Notes under the pieces: model-generated
What the model saw: the letters and a program-made list of their open reading frames with translations, nothing else
Databases searched by the model: none
What the model was told of the DNA's origin: nothing
Assembly (NCBI GenBank): GCA_963663165.1
Contig: OY760175.1
Location: 4,768,001-4,832,000, forward strand
DNA from: an uncultured Desulfospira sp.
GTDB lineage: Bacteria > Desulfobacterota > Desulfobacteria > Desulfobacterales > Desulfobacteraceae
Direction of reading: 5' to 3'
Length of the DNA: 64,000 nucleotides
Translations under genes and position numbers: made by a program
Shown here: piece by piece, positions 50,001-56,381 of the stretch
How positions within the stretch are numbered: position 1 is the stretch's first letter
Layout: each line of letters opens with the position of its first letter

Positions 50001-52434
50001 AGGGGTCATCACAGGAAAGCTGGTCGTTCTCATTTAAAAGCCCGGCACTTTCCACGGCTTTGTAGGCGGTTTGAAGCACCATTTTCTGGCTTCTGGACAG
50101 TTTGTTTTCTTTATCCTCATCGTATCCGAACCGCTTTGCGTCAAACTGGAAATCTTCTATAATCCCGGCCAGGCGGGTATAGGTTCTGTCTTCGGCCGAC
50201 TTGTCGCCGGACAGGTACAGATCGGCGTTAAACCGGGATTCAGGCATCTCTTTGATGGCATAGGTTTTATTTAGAATATTGTCCCAGAGCTGATCCGGGG
50301 TCTGGGCGCCCGGCAGGGTACATCCAACCCCCACCACGGCAATTTCATCGTTGATCCGGTTTCTCGGGCTTGAAAATACCTCCAGTTGGTTAAGGTTTTC
50401 CCGCAGCCGGTGTTTGAACTGAAACATCATGGTATGGATATCTTTAATGGCGGTGACATCCTTGAAAAAGGCTAAGCTGTCCCCCACCAGAAAATTTCCT
50501 TTTTCCCGGTGTTCTGGCCCCTCATACCAGGTATAATGTTCCTCTCCGGGGTTTTTAAAGTCAGGCAAAAACCCTTTGGCCCCGATGAGCAGGGAGCCGA
50601 TGTTTCTTTTTTCAAAGGATTTTTTACGTTGATCCAGGGGTTTTTTCTCCCGGATCATGGCGGCCTCATGTTCCATCATCATTTTGGCAAACCCGGTGGG
50701 GGCGGTCCTTGAGGCAAGGCCTAAGGTTTTGCCGATGACAACGGTTTCGTTCTTTTCAATGACAATGTCCTGGTAGAGTTTCTGGATGCTCTTTGTATCG
50801 ACAATTTCTTTTGTGAACAGGTAGGCGGTCCCGGCCTGAATACCGATTTTAGCGCCTTTGGCCGCCAGAAAAGCGGTCAGTCCTGAAATAAAAAACGACG
50901 CAAAACAGGTGGAAATTCCGCCGGCAAACACCAGATAAATATCGGACAGGTTCCGTTCCGAGTTAACCAGCCTTGAGATGGCCGCTTCCCACAGCACCAT
51001 GGAGGAAAGGCTTCCCACATGGCCCCCGGCCTCGGCCCCTTCAAAGATAAACCTGCGGCAGCCGTTTTCCAGAGCATTGGCCATCATGGACACCGAAGGC
51101 GTGTGCAGGTAAGTCTTTGTCCCGGCCTTTTCAAGTTCGAGCACCTGGGAGGGAACTCCCCCGGCAAACAGGGCATAAGGCACCTTGTACTGTTTGACCA
51201 TGTCCAGATGGATGTTGACCTGGGGGTTAAAGGCCTCGATGCCCACCAGGCCCGCCCCGAAATTGTCTAAAGTCTGGGCCCCTTTTTTAAGCATGTCATC
51301 GGCGAGATCCTTTGGCAGGCTGCCCACGGCAAAAAACGGCAGGGCGCCCTGTTCCAGGACCTTTGAGGCAAATTGTGCGTTGTCCGTGATGTTGGCCATG
51401 GGACCTTGAATTAAGGGCAGGCGGGTGTTCTGATCTGCTGCAAAATTTGAATCCGGAACAATGGGATCAAACTGATCAATAAAGTTGAGGTTGTCGCCGA
51501 TGGTCGTAAAAAAAGAGTGGATCATCTGGCTCAGGTCTTTGGATTCCCTGGCAAAATCCTTGGCAAAGACCGCGTCCTGGCCCAGGTAAAATAAAGACTG
51601 GATAAACGCTGCATCCGGGTCATCCAGGGCGGTCATTTTTTCAGATAACAGATCGTACAGCCCGGAAAGGCCGTCAGGATTTTCGGCCAGGAGAACCGCC
51701 TCCTGTTTCAAGTCTTTTACGATTTTGGTCCCCAGCTTGGCAAACACCCGGAACCGTTCCTGGTCTTCAAAGCTGATTTCCGTGGAATCGCCTTCATCCA
51801 GGGATTCCAGAAGGGCTTTAAAATTTTCAGACACCGGGGCCTGGTCGGAAAGCAGCACCTGGGAATCCATGACAAATCCGGATACGCCGGCAGCCAGCAT
51901 GCCGGCCCCGGTATATTTGCCTACCCCGCCGTGGATAAATACGGGCAGGGACATCTGTTTTAAGTACCATTGCATGAGGATAAAGGATGAATACCGGGAC
52001 ACGTTTCCGGCCGCCTCATTTCCTTTCAGAATGAGGCCGGACGGGTCGGCCTTAAGGATCTCATCTGTCAGATCAATATCTTTGATTTCAAGAATAAGCC
52101 GGGTATCCCCAAAATTTGAAAACGCCTGGGCCATATCTTCTGCCTGGGCCTGTTTTGAAAAGGGAACCACCATCAGGTCCAGGTTGTTCAGATTTTTATT
52201 TTTGATAGCGGCAATCAGGGTTTCATCCCACCGGGACAGCCGGACACCAAAGCAAAAGGTCTCTTTGGACAACAGCAGTACCTTATGCAGGATATCATCC
52301 CGGCTTAAAAATTCGGTATCAAATACGGGCAGTGCCCCTGACGCATAGACGGAGTGAAAATACCGGATATCAAACACCTTGACCGGTGTGTAAATCATAA
52401 GGGGGAGTTTTGAGTTCAGTATTCTTGTAATCAT
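41026..52434 (-). CDS. Giant single-polypeptide type I PKS/FAS (Pfa-like secondary lipid synthase), ~3802 aa: FabK-like x2, KS, degenerate KS, AT, KS, ACP x3, KR, DH
   Basis: EGAEAGGHVG; DAACASS/EAHGT/GHLL; DASCASA without His motifs; GQGAQ/GHSVG/GAFH; SACAST/SHET/GHTL; three LGIDTVKQ; TGGAGGI/GQADY; DHTMG/DAMFQ. ATG 52434 follows GGAG. Confidence 0.9.
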   Translation of the reverse strand: MITRILNSKLPLMIYTPVKVFDIRYFHSVYASGALPVFDTEFLSRDDILHKVLLLSKETFCFGVRLSRWDETLIAAIKNKNLNNLDLMVVPFSKQAQAEDMAQAFSNFGDTRLILEIKDIDLTDEILKADPSGLILKGNEAAGNVSRYSSFILMQWYLKQMSLPVFIHGGVGKYTGAGMLAAGVSGFVMDSQVLLSDQAPVSENFKALLESLDEGDSTEISFEDQERFRVFAKLGTKIVKDLKQEAVLLAENPDGLSGLYDLLSEKMTALDDPDAAFIQSLFYLGQDAVFAKDFARESKDLSQMIHSFFTTIGDNLNFIDQFDPIVPDSNFAADQNTRLPLIQGPMANITDNAQFASKVLEQGALPFFAVGSLPKDLADDMLKKGAQTLDNFGAGLVGIEAFNPQVNIHLDMVKQYKVPYALFAGGVPSQVLELEKAGTKTYLHTPSVSMMANALENGCRRFIFEGAEAGGHVGSLSSMVLWEAAISRLVNSERNLSDIYLVFAGGISTCFASFFISGLTAFLAAKGAKIGIQAGTAYLFTKEIVDTKSIQKLYQDIVIEKNETVVIGKTLGLASRTAPTGFAKMMMEHEAAMIREKKPLDQRKKSFEKRNIGSLLIGAKGFLPDFKNPGEEHYTWYEGPEHREKGNFLVGDSLAFFKDVTAIKDIHTMMFQFKHRLRENLNQLEVFSSPRNRINDEIAVVGVGCTLPGAQTPDQLWDNILNKTYAIKEMPESRFNADLYLSGDKSAEDRTYTRLAGIIEDFQFDAKRFGYDEDKENKLSRSQKMVLQTAYKAVESAGLLNENDQLSCDDPSRTSVIIATCLSNELGNDLQLKYWYPQLVSMLEKTEAYQALDPEEKEKINQALLDGIEGENKGYDPVHGMLLNIEASRIARHLGIRGVNYIVDAACASSITALDAAAGELLSGEVDQVIVGGVNTHLAPESFIGFAKMGTLSATGSHPFDQRADGFVLGEGSVVFVLKRMKDALRDNNQIFGIINGIGSSSDGKGKAIAAPNPKGQLLSIQRCYENTRKGFHPDQIEFIEAHGTATIIGDQAELETLTAGYTGARAGVSSIKSQIGHLLGCAGSAGLLKALLAVQKGVLPPNGNFETLSSSHDLSGSSLYIVKDQQPWEPRDGQSRKAAVSSYGFGGINYHVALEEMTPSYVPVPRDFFRDLSYDFNDDRIVVAGLGVFLPGAKNSEEFWEKLVSGEKQLSQIPGEHFDNDAYSRLDKKSHYHLPHLKAGIVKDFQFNNLKYRMPPTMVKSVERGQLFGLTAASEALESSGLLKQEQAAARTGVILGTIPGERQSKNILRVRKLMLANIIKQTADVDDAVLDKVAGQLVDVIRSTIPENNEDTTPGLLSNIISGRITNYFGLNGANYVVDASCASAVIAIRNAARDLKQKNMDFCLAGGVDCNLYPAVLMAFKRLGLLSSGDCNFFDDRADGYVMGEGAAIHVLTTYKKATESGMKILGEINECAVKSSVPDHLLAPSEHTFVSAINQAYRRSGIRKSEVDHLDLFAFSNIFGDMIEKQVTQACFSHPMHCGNVKPQFGYFKAANPAVAMAKLMLMNAKGKILPDFNFEREHSIIKECAILKPALELTNARPGRPLRFASNVNGIGGNHAHLIMGALPARLVPEQHKVDNVVDVSFTAVPEDDRVLSDTAWSAGPGGKKQRIVALLSGQGAQHPGMMKTLFESDAHIREVMEKGEAIFKEQRGYSLLDLMFGEDESLNSTQNTQAAVFLSSAAVCSRLALEGFSPDYFIGHSVGEYTALFCSGILGFEDAMRLVIKRSDLMHESTLKVPGKIMVVFENEKKTEKLIRKSFVSDIYITNKNSEKQTAVSGKAQSIEKFCDFLKEEKVMFKKLNLTGAFHTPLLADASEKLRQYLDTLTFKRAGYGRIISNTLAAPYPKQVTEIKDLLARQIVSPVEFIKSIEHVYASGKTHFIEIGPSRLLVNLLKYINIGEYGTTVSVDPKKGEVESFEACRQYLISLNALFKSRPVREIPDRPGVDPFPDEPEQANVSNELSFADMAGADISEDFESFKQDNQSLIDKILYKEFQRKKRDAAIDAIKRYDFNTRRILISGVSVGLPGKARHVFAKDNFDAILNGKNFIESLSQEDQARITDKNITKLFKEPDGNARFVQITKTEDVIHLAGQLGYFNLTDEYGIKEEYDIAMSLGIAAGIEALKDANIPLVMQYKKMKDGKALIPDGFALPEEMQEETGVIITSLWPNGETLMAELEKYFYEKLFLKPYEEFEKIYYFLMEKVNDLNVKEEITEWFFKAKARKRTDFTTYKFDRNFLANACPLGSAHLAQIIKAKGPNTLVSSACASTTLAMGIAEDWIRVGRCKRVLVVGGENATSPRQAQWVGSGFLALGAATIKKRVSEAAKPFDEDRNGTILGAGAVGLVIEDEKCAAKRGMNGQCQILGTHIANSAYHTYNIDVPHMAREMNKFIAKVEKQNNLTKTDYADKLLFMSHETYTPARGGSADAEVTALESAFADHLDTICISNTKGFTGHTLGAAIEDVVLVKALQKRKAPPIANLQKVPDRFRNLNFSGREKINAEYGLHLSAGFGSHFAFMFVKRVEENPVEGNLIYQNWLKQITGSTHPELKVIDNTLCVVAGDDSVPVEEPDIQTVEPATASIEPVTGPDPVERIREIIARQTGYAADMLEGDLDLEADLGIDTVKQVEIFGTIASGFGFDVPDDLKLRDLNTIDKLAAYVSQKVGPAMAAPSEKREPESFETRDTQAPQTLESPMETVKAVIAEQTGYTVDMLEPDLDLEADLGIDTVKQVEIFGKVATRFGFDVPDDLKLRDLNTIARLSDYIVSRTGGGTAATKPEPQENPVASEPIPQTSGPVPGNDPVDTVKEIIAAQTGYAVDMLEPGLDLEADLGIDTVKQVEIFGKVATHFGFDVPDDLKLRELNTIARLSAYIESRATEPDHSGKEPIPVTGSGPSPAPSANEKTAKTDTLPDPASPIKRLVVRVNEAALPELSSRNFKKKKILISLDHHGMAQVVAEQVKRLGGEVITLGDPDLNPDVTLPFADLGAAALVGKELASGHPDLDGFIHLAPLDFYIDRETHEFASDPELNTTIKSTFVLIQALYEVLDKPGTLIATMAFDSVIFPYMKECNDIYPMFAGLSGLLKTVNKEMAHTRVKVVDFSYPHPLKSKTEISDLFINELLSDDPRCEAGYKDLQRYVLSMKTSAPDQTERIINDNDTLLVTGGAGGITYEIIKQVVQEYKVNLVILDINDIYATDPKFLDKQATSAELMAMLREDMPKSKPVEIKRALDRLNRVRTAVDNMEYLRSQGISVEYICTDVTDYEAVKKAVDACPEIDGIFHAAGMEMSQFIPKKELWSFELVTDVKIKGMRNLLKAAQEKDYKYFLTFSSVTARFGNQGQADYTAANDFLGKTLLRQKQLHPQRAYKVYAWTAWDGVGMATNSTVKKVLEDRGIKFLPMDQGVKFFMADLLDRTESEMVFSGLDYEFDIDGLLGDPGGFPFLDDPIKDTPDSKAWARTLDLNRDIFLEDHTMGDVPLFLGSTGVETMAEAARNLTGGREHLTRLKDFHIPYGIKLLKGRPKELMIQADLKDDQAVACRIESVFKNPKGQVMGDPKLHYQGVFEFSETRPDSKTIEIGPFSPLSWEGDLDSLVYHPNRLFMFGLFATITDINSFDGTTLVTTVEDSSEAEFFKGEKNPKFQASPVLVDAMFQTGGLLEFLTSSRTVLPFKIEEMNFYRVPEKNTPYYCITRKIDSGEETNTYNLTLADSAGKVCIEINEFQMVKLARLDKEHRIDHKVTWEAQPA

Positions 52435-52492
52435 GTAAACGTCTCCAAATGGTTTTGGGTTCAGGTCTTGTGACCTCAATTCCCTTTTGGCT

Positions 52493-52537
52493 ATCAAGGA
52501 ACGTGCCAGAGGCGGTGTGTTTTATAACCAGTTGATA
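52493..52537 (-). promoter_or_regulatory. Sigma-54-type promoter plus IHF site for the megasynthase
   Basis: CTGGCACGTTCCTTGAT (52509-52493; -12 element is GA, not GC) and TATCAACTGGTTA (52537-52525), an exact WATCAA-N4-TTR match. Confidence 0.6.
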
Positions 52538-52631
52538 TTATATTGATTTATAGAAAAGGAAGTTTTCTTCATTAAAACCATCGACAATCGGCCTTGCATT
52601 TTATGCACATGGCATGTACAAAATTACCCAA

Positions 52632-52740
52632 TTGGCTTTTGGCTCTTAGCAATTAGCAATTAGCTTTTAGCTGCTTGCAGTTGGCTAACAGCTAACAGCT
52701 AACGGCTAACGGCTAACAGCTAACAGCCAACAGCCAACAA
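52632..52740. repeat. Inverted heptamer tandem repeats (ttagcnn)n / (rgctaac)n
   Basis: About 6 left units and 8 right units; a second copy lies at 58499-58570. Confidence 0.8.
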
Positions 52741-52751
52741 AGGAAAATTTA

Positions 52752-54224
52752 ATGGCAAAATTCAGTCTGGATTCAGAAGAAAAGATATTTTTCAGGACGG
52801 TTTATCATGCGGCCTTTGCTAATCCTTTCAGTGAGTTAAGGGAAAAGCTGGACCGGAAAATTGCCGGCCTTTTTCCCTCCAACAACCCCAAACAGATCAC
52901 CGACATGTGTATCCGGGAGGTAGACCAGCGCTTAAGAAAGCTGGAGTCCCAGGGCCGGGGAGACCTTAGGCGGTATTCAGAAAAAGACCAGGAAACCCTT
53001 CGTGTGGTCTATTTGTTTGATATCTTTCATAAGTTCAGGGATGATTTTGACCGGCTTATCAATGACCAGATCAAAGCAGGCGATGCCCCGGTAAAAGTGG
53101 ACTTTGCCCAAAACGCCCGGCAGATGCTCATGGACCGTGGGTTTACGACCGAACAGTTCAGGCATTATTTTGCCCTGTCCTTTCAGCTCAGGCGGGCATT
53201 TTACTTTATTTCCCAGACCCTGGTAGGGGAAAGCCCCTGCATGCGGAATTTAAAAAAACACCTCTGGTACAATGTCTTTACCTGCAACATGCTCTTATAC
53301 GACCAGCAGCTTTGGAACCGGATGGAGGACTTTTCCACCCTGCTCTTGGGCGAAACCGGCACCGGAAAAGGAACCGCCGCCAGAGCAATCGGCCGAAGCG
53401 GGTTTATCCCCTTTGACGAAAAAAAGTCCAGTTTCACCCAGAGCTTCACCCAGGCCTTTTCTTCGCTCAACCTGTCTCAATACCCTGAAACCTTGCTGGA
53501 ATCTGAGCTTTTCGGCCACACAAAAGGCTCGTTTACCGGGGCGGTGGACGACTATAAAGGGGTGTTTGCCCTGTGCAGTCCCCACGGGTCAATCCTCTTA
53601 GACGAAATTGGCGAAATCCCCAACCATGTCCAGATCAAGCTGTTGCGGGTCCTTCAGGAAAGAAGCTTTTCGCCGGTGGGGGCCCACACGTCCTACCGGT
53701 TCCAGGGCCGGGTCATTGCCGCCACCAACCGGCCCAGAAAAGATATCATGTCCGGTAAGGTGTTCCGGGATGATTTTTACTACCGGCTCTGTTCAGACAT
53801 CATTGAAGTGCCTCCCTTGGCCGCCCGGATCAAAGAAAAGCCATCGGAACTGGACGATCTTCTGGAATTCACTATTTTCCGTATGACCGGCGTAAAATCA
53901 GAAGAAATATTGGTTAAAGTCAAAAGAATTATTGACCGTAATCTGGGAAAAGACTATCAATGGCCTGGGAACGTCAGGGAGCTGGAACAATGCGTTAGAA
54001 GCATTCTGCTCAGACGAAGTTACAGGGGAAAGGAAAGTTCCGGGACCCGGGAATTTTCCCTGGACCGGATTTTGGCCCGGGGTATCGAAGACCGGACCAT
54101 CGGCGTGCCGGATCTGGTCTCCGGATACTGCAGGCTCCTGTATGACACCCATGGCACCTATGAAAAAGTAGCCCGGGTAACGGGCCTGGACAGGCGGACA
54201 GTAAAAAAATATATTTTAGGATAG
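52752..54224 (+). CDS. Sigma-54-dependent enhancer-binding activator with an unrecognised N-terminal domain
   Basis: GETGTGKG, ESELFGHTKGSFTGA, LLDEIGE, IAATN, FRDDFYYRL, WPGNVREL, C-terminal HTH. Confidence 0.92.
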   Translation: MAKFSLDSEEKIFFRTVYHAAFANPFSELREKLDRKIAGLFPSNNPKQITDMCIREVDQRLRKLESQGRGDLRRYSEKDQETLRVVYLFDIFHKFRDDFDRLINDQIKAGDAPVKVDFAQNARQMLMDRGFTTEQFRHYFALSFQLRRAFYFISQTLVGESPCMRNLKKHLWYNVFTCNMLLYDQQLWNRMEDFSTLLLGETGTGKGTAARAIGRSGFIPFDEKKSSFTQSFTQAFSSLNLSQYPETLLESELFGHTKGSFTGAVDDYKGVFALCSPHGSILLDEIGEIPNHVQIKLLRVLQERSFSPVGAHTSYRFQGRVIAATNRPRKDIMSGKVFRDDFYYRLCSDIIEVPPLAARIKEKPSELDDLLEFTIFRMTGVKSEEILVKVKRIIDRNLGKDYQWPGNVRELEQCVRSILLRRSYRGKESSGTREFSLDRILARGIEDRTIGVPDLVSGYCRLLYDTHGTYEKVARVTGLDRRTVKKYILG

Positions 54225-54228
54225 ACTC

Positions 54229-55122
54229 ATGTTTTTCTTTCTTCCCCCCCTCATCAGAGGTTGTGCTTCCATTATTATTTATTTTTTGAACACCCTTGTT
54301 CTGACCGTCCCGTTGATCCTGTGTTCTCTTTTAAAATTTATCATTCCGGCTCATGGGTTCGTTGTCTGGATGGATAAATTTCTGATCGGTATTGCCACCC
54401 TCTGGATCGGCATCAATTCAAAAACCACGGACCTTTTCTGCAAAATTCACTGGGACGTCCACGGGCTTGAAAATTTAAAGAAAAAGGAATGGTACCTGGT
54501 GTTGTCCAACCACCAGTCCTGGGTGGATATTCTGGTGCTTCAAAAAATTTTGAACCGGAAAATCCCCATGCTCAAATTTTTCTTAAAAAAAGAACTGATC
54601 TGGGTTCCGTTCCTGGGGCTTGCCTGGTGGGCCCTGGATTTTCCCTTTATGAAACGGTATTCAAAATCTTTTCTGGCCAAACATCCCCACCTTAAGGGAA
54701 AAGACCTGGAAAGCACCAAAAAAGCCTGTCAAAAATTCAAGCATACCCCGGTGTCCATCATGAACTTTGTTGAGGGAACACGGTTTTCTCCCGACAAACA
54801 ACAGGCCCAGAGGGCCGAGTTCAACCACCTGCTCAAGCCCAGGGCCGGGGGAATCGCCTTTGTTTTGGCCTCCATGGGCGACTACCTTCACAAGATCATT
54901 GATGTGACCATTGTCTATCCGGAAAAAGTCCCGAGTTTCTGGGAGTTCATTTCAGGAAAAACCCGGCGCATCGTGGTTTACTTCAACGTGCTGGACGTGA
55001 CCCGGACCCTGAAGGGGGATTATTTTAACGACCCTGAATTCAAACAGGGCTTCTGCGAGTGGCTCAACGAGATGTGGCAGGAAAAAGACCGGAAAATATC
55101 CGGTCTTATTGCCGGGGGATGA
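54229..55122 (+). CDS. YihG/PlsC-family 1-acyl-sn-glycerol-3-phosphate acyltransferase
   Basis: NHQSWVD, KFFLKKEL, WWALDFPFMKR, FVEGTRF, LLKPRAGG. Confidence 0.88.
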   Translation: MFFFLPPLIRGCASIIIYFLNTLVLTVPLILCSLLKFIIPAHGFVVWMDKFLIGIATLWIGINSKTTDLFCKIHWDVHGLENLKKKEWYLVLSNHQSWVDILVLQKILNRKIPMLKFFLKKELIWVPFLGLAWWALDFPFMKRYSKSFLAKHPHLKGKDLESTKKACQKFKHTPVSIMNFVEGTRFSPDKQQAQRAEFNHLLKPRAGGIAFVLASMGDYLHKIIDVTIVYPEKVPSFWEFISGKTRRIVVYFNVLDVTRTLKGDYFNDPEFKQGFCEWLNEMWQEKDRKISGLIAGG

Positions 55123-55530
55123 TATGAAAAAAATTACCATAATTGTGAAAAAAATGTGTGTCTAATGTGAATTTTTTTTCACAATTATCACAAACTCTCT
55201 GTGTCGATTCTCTCCCCCCCCCTCTTATAAACGATCTTTCCCGGCTTATTTTTCGCGTAATCTTTCTGGCCGCATTTAACCCTTCAGAAAATAGCTGAAA
55301 ACTTTTATTTTCAGGTTGTTCAGGCCCTGCCTTAGTAGGGAATCGCTTACAAAAAAACAAGAATGAATAGCATTTAGTTTATAAATTTTGAATTAATCGC
55401 CAATGAAAAAAATGAAGGTACGAAATGTGCATATATCCATTTCGTATGAATCAAATTGTATATCGCTTTCCCAAAAGCGATGCCTTGTTAGTTACAATTT
55501 TTTTATGTTCAAAAAAGGAGGATAGTTAAA

Positions 55531-56217
55531 ATGAAACTTAGCCGTATTTTTTTGATTCTTTTAATCAGTTGCTGTCTTACCATTCTGGTTGACTCGGCAA
55601 ATGCTGCCATTACCAACGGCGGTTTTGAGGACACGATTGATTTTAACGGATGGACCTATGATTTAGGCTCATCAGGGGCAAGCATAGTAATCCCTACTGA
55701 TTCTTCGGAGTCGCCCCACACCGGCTTTCAGTATGCAACGATGTATGGAAGCAATTATTATGATCCAGCCATGCTTTACCAGGTTGTACAAAATCCGGAC
55801 TATGATTCGTCCGGAACCAGCATGGACGTCTCTTTTTCGGCCTATGGGGATAGCGGTGAAGGCTGGATCGGCCTGTATATCTGGTACTCCAATGATGACC
55901 AGGTCCCTGATTCCAACACGGTATGGACAGCCGCACCCGGATCTGGAACGGTGGATTTTGCAACTGGTTTAGACGGTAATGTTGCGTTATATCAAAGTGA
56001 TTTTGATGGTGACTACTGGGAGCATATCAGTTATTCAGCTACATGGAGTTTTGAAGCCAAATGGTTCAAAATCGGCATCGCCTTAGCTGCGAATAATTGT
56101 GACACATGGGTAGACACCGTATCTTTCAGTCCGTCGGCTGCAGTTCCGGTTCCTTCCGGAATTATTTTGATGGTATTCGGCTTGCTCTGCCTGGTCCGGA
56201 TCAAAAGAGCAGAATAA
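55531..56217 (+). CDS. Exported protein with a PEP-CTERM-like (VPxP) sorting signal
   Basis: Signal peptide ending ANA, NGGFE motif, C-terminal VPVPSGIILMVFGLLCLVRIKR; AGGAGG RBS. Confidence 0.8.
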   Translation: MKLSRIFLILLISCCLTILVDSANAAITNGGFEDTIDFNGWTYDLGSSGASIVIPTDSSESPHTGFQYATMYGSNYYDPAMLYQVVQNPDYDSSGTSMDVSFSAYGDSGEGWIGLYIWYSNDDQVPDSNTVWTAAPGSGTVDFATGLDGNVALYQSDFDGDYWEHISYSATWSFEAKWFKIGIALAANNCDTWVDTVSFSPSAAVPVPSGIILMVFGLLCLVRIKRAE

Positions 56218-56257
56218 GGGCGTCCCTATGTACACACCGCCAAGCTTAAAAAAAACT

Positions 56258-56324
56258 CACACCAAGACACAAAGCCACAAAGATTAGGGTCTCACCTTCT
56301 TTGTGGCTTTGTGTCTTGGTGCGC
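56258..56324. repeat. Intergenic inverted repeat built from acacaaag-type units between convergent genes
   Basis: caccaagacacaaagccacaaaga...tctttgtggctttgtgtcttggtg. Confidence 0.7.
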
Positions 56325-56381
56325 GAACATAAAAAAACCAACGGCCGGATGCGTAGCCTTAAAGACCTTCAGCCTAATCTT

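Noticed and set aside
52435..52497. Longer N-terminus of the PKS from the ORF track (TTG at 52497)
   Set aside because: It overlaps the predicted -12 promoter element; ATG 52434 has a GGAG RBS.
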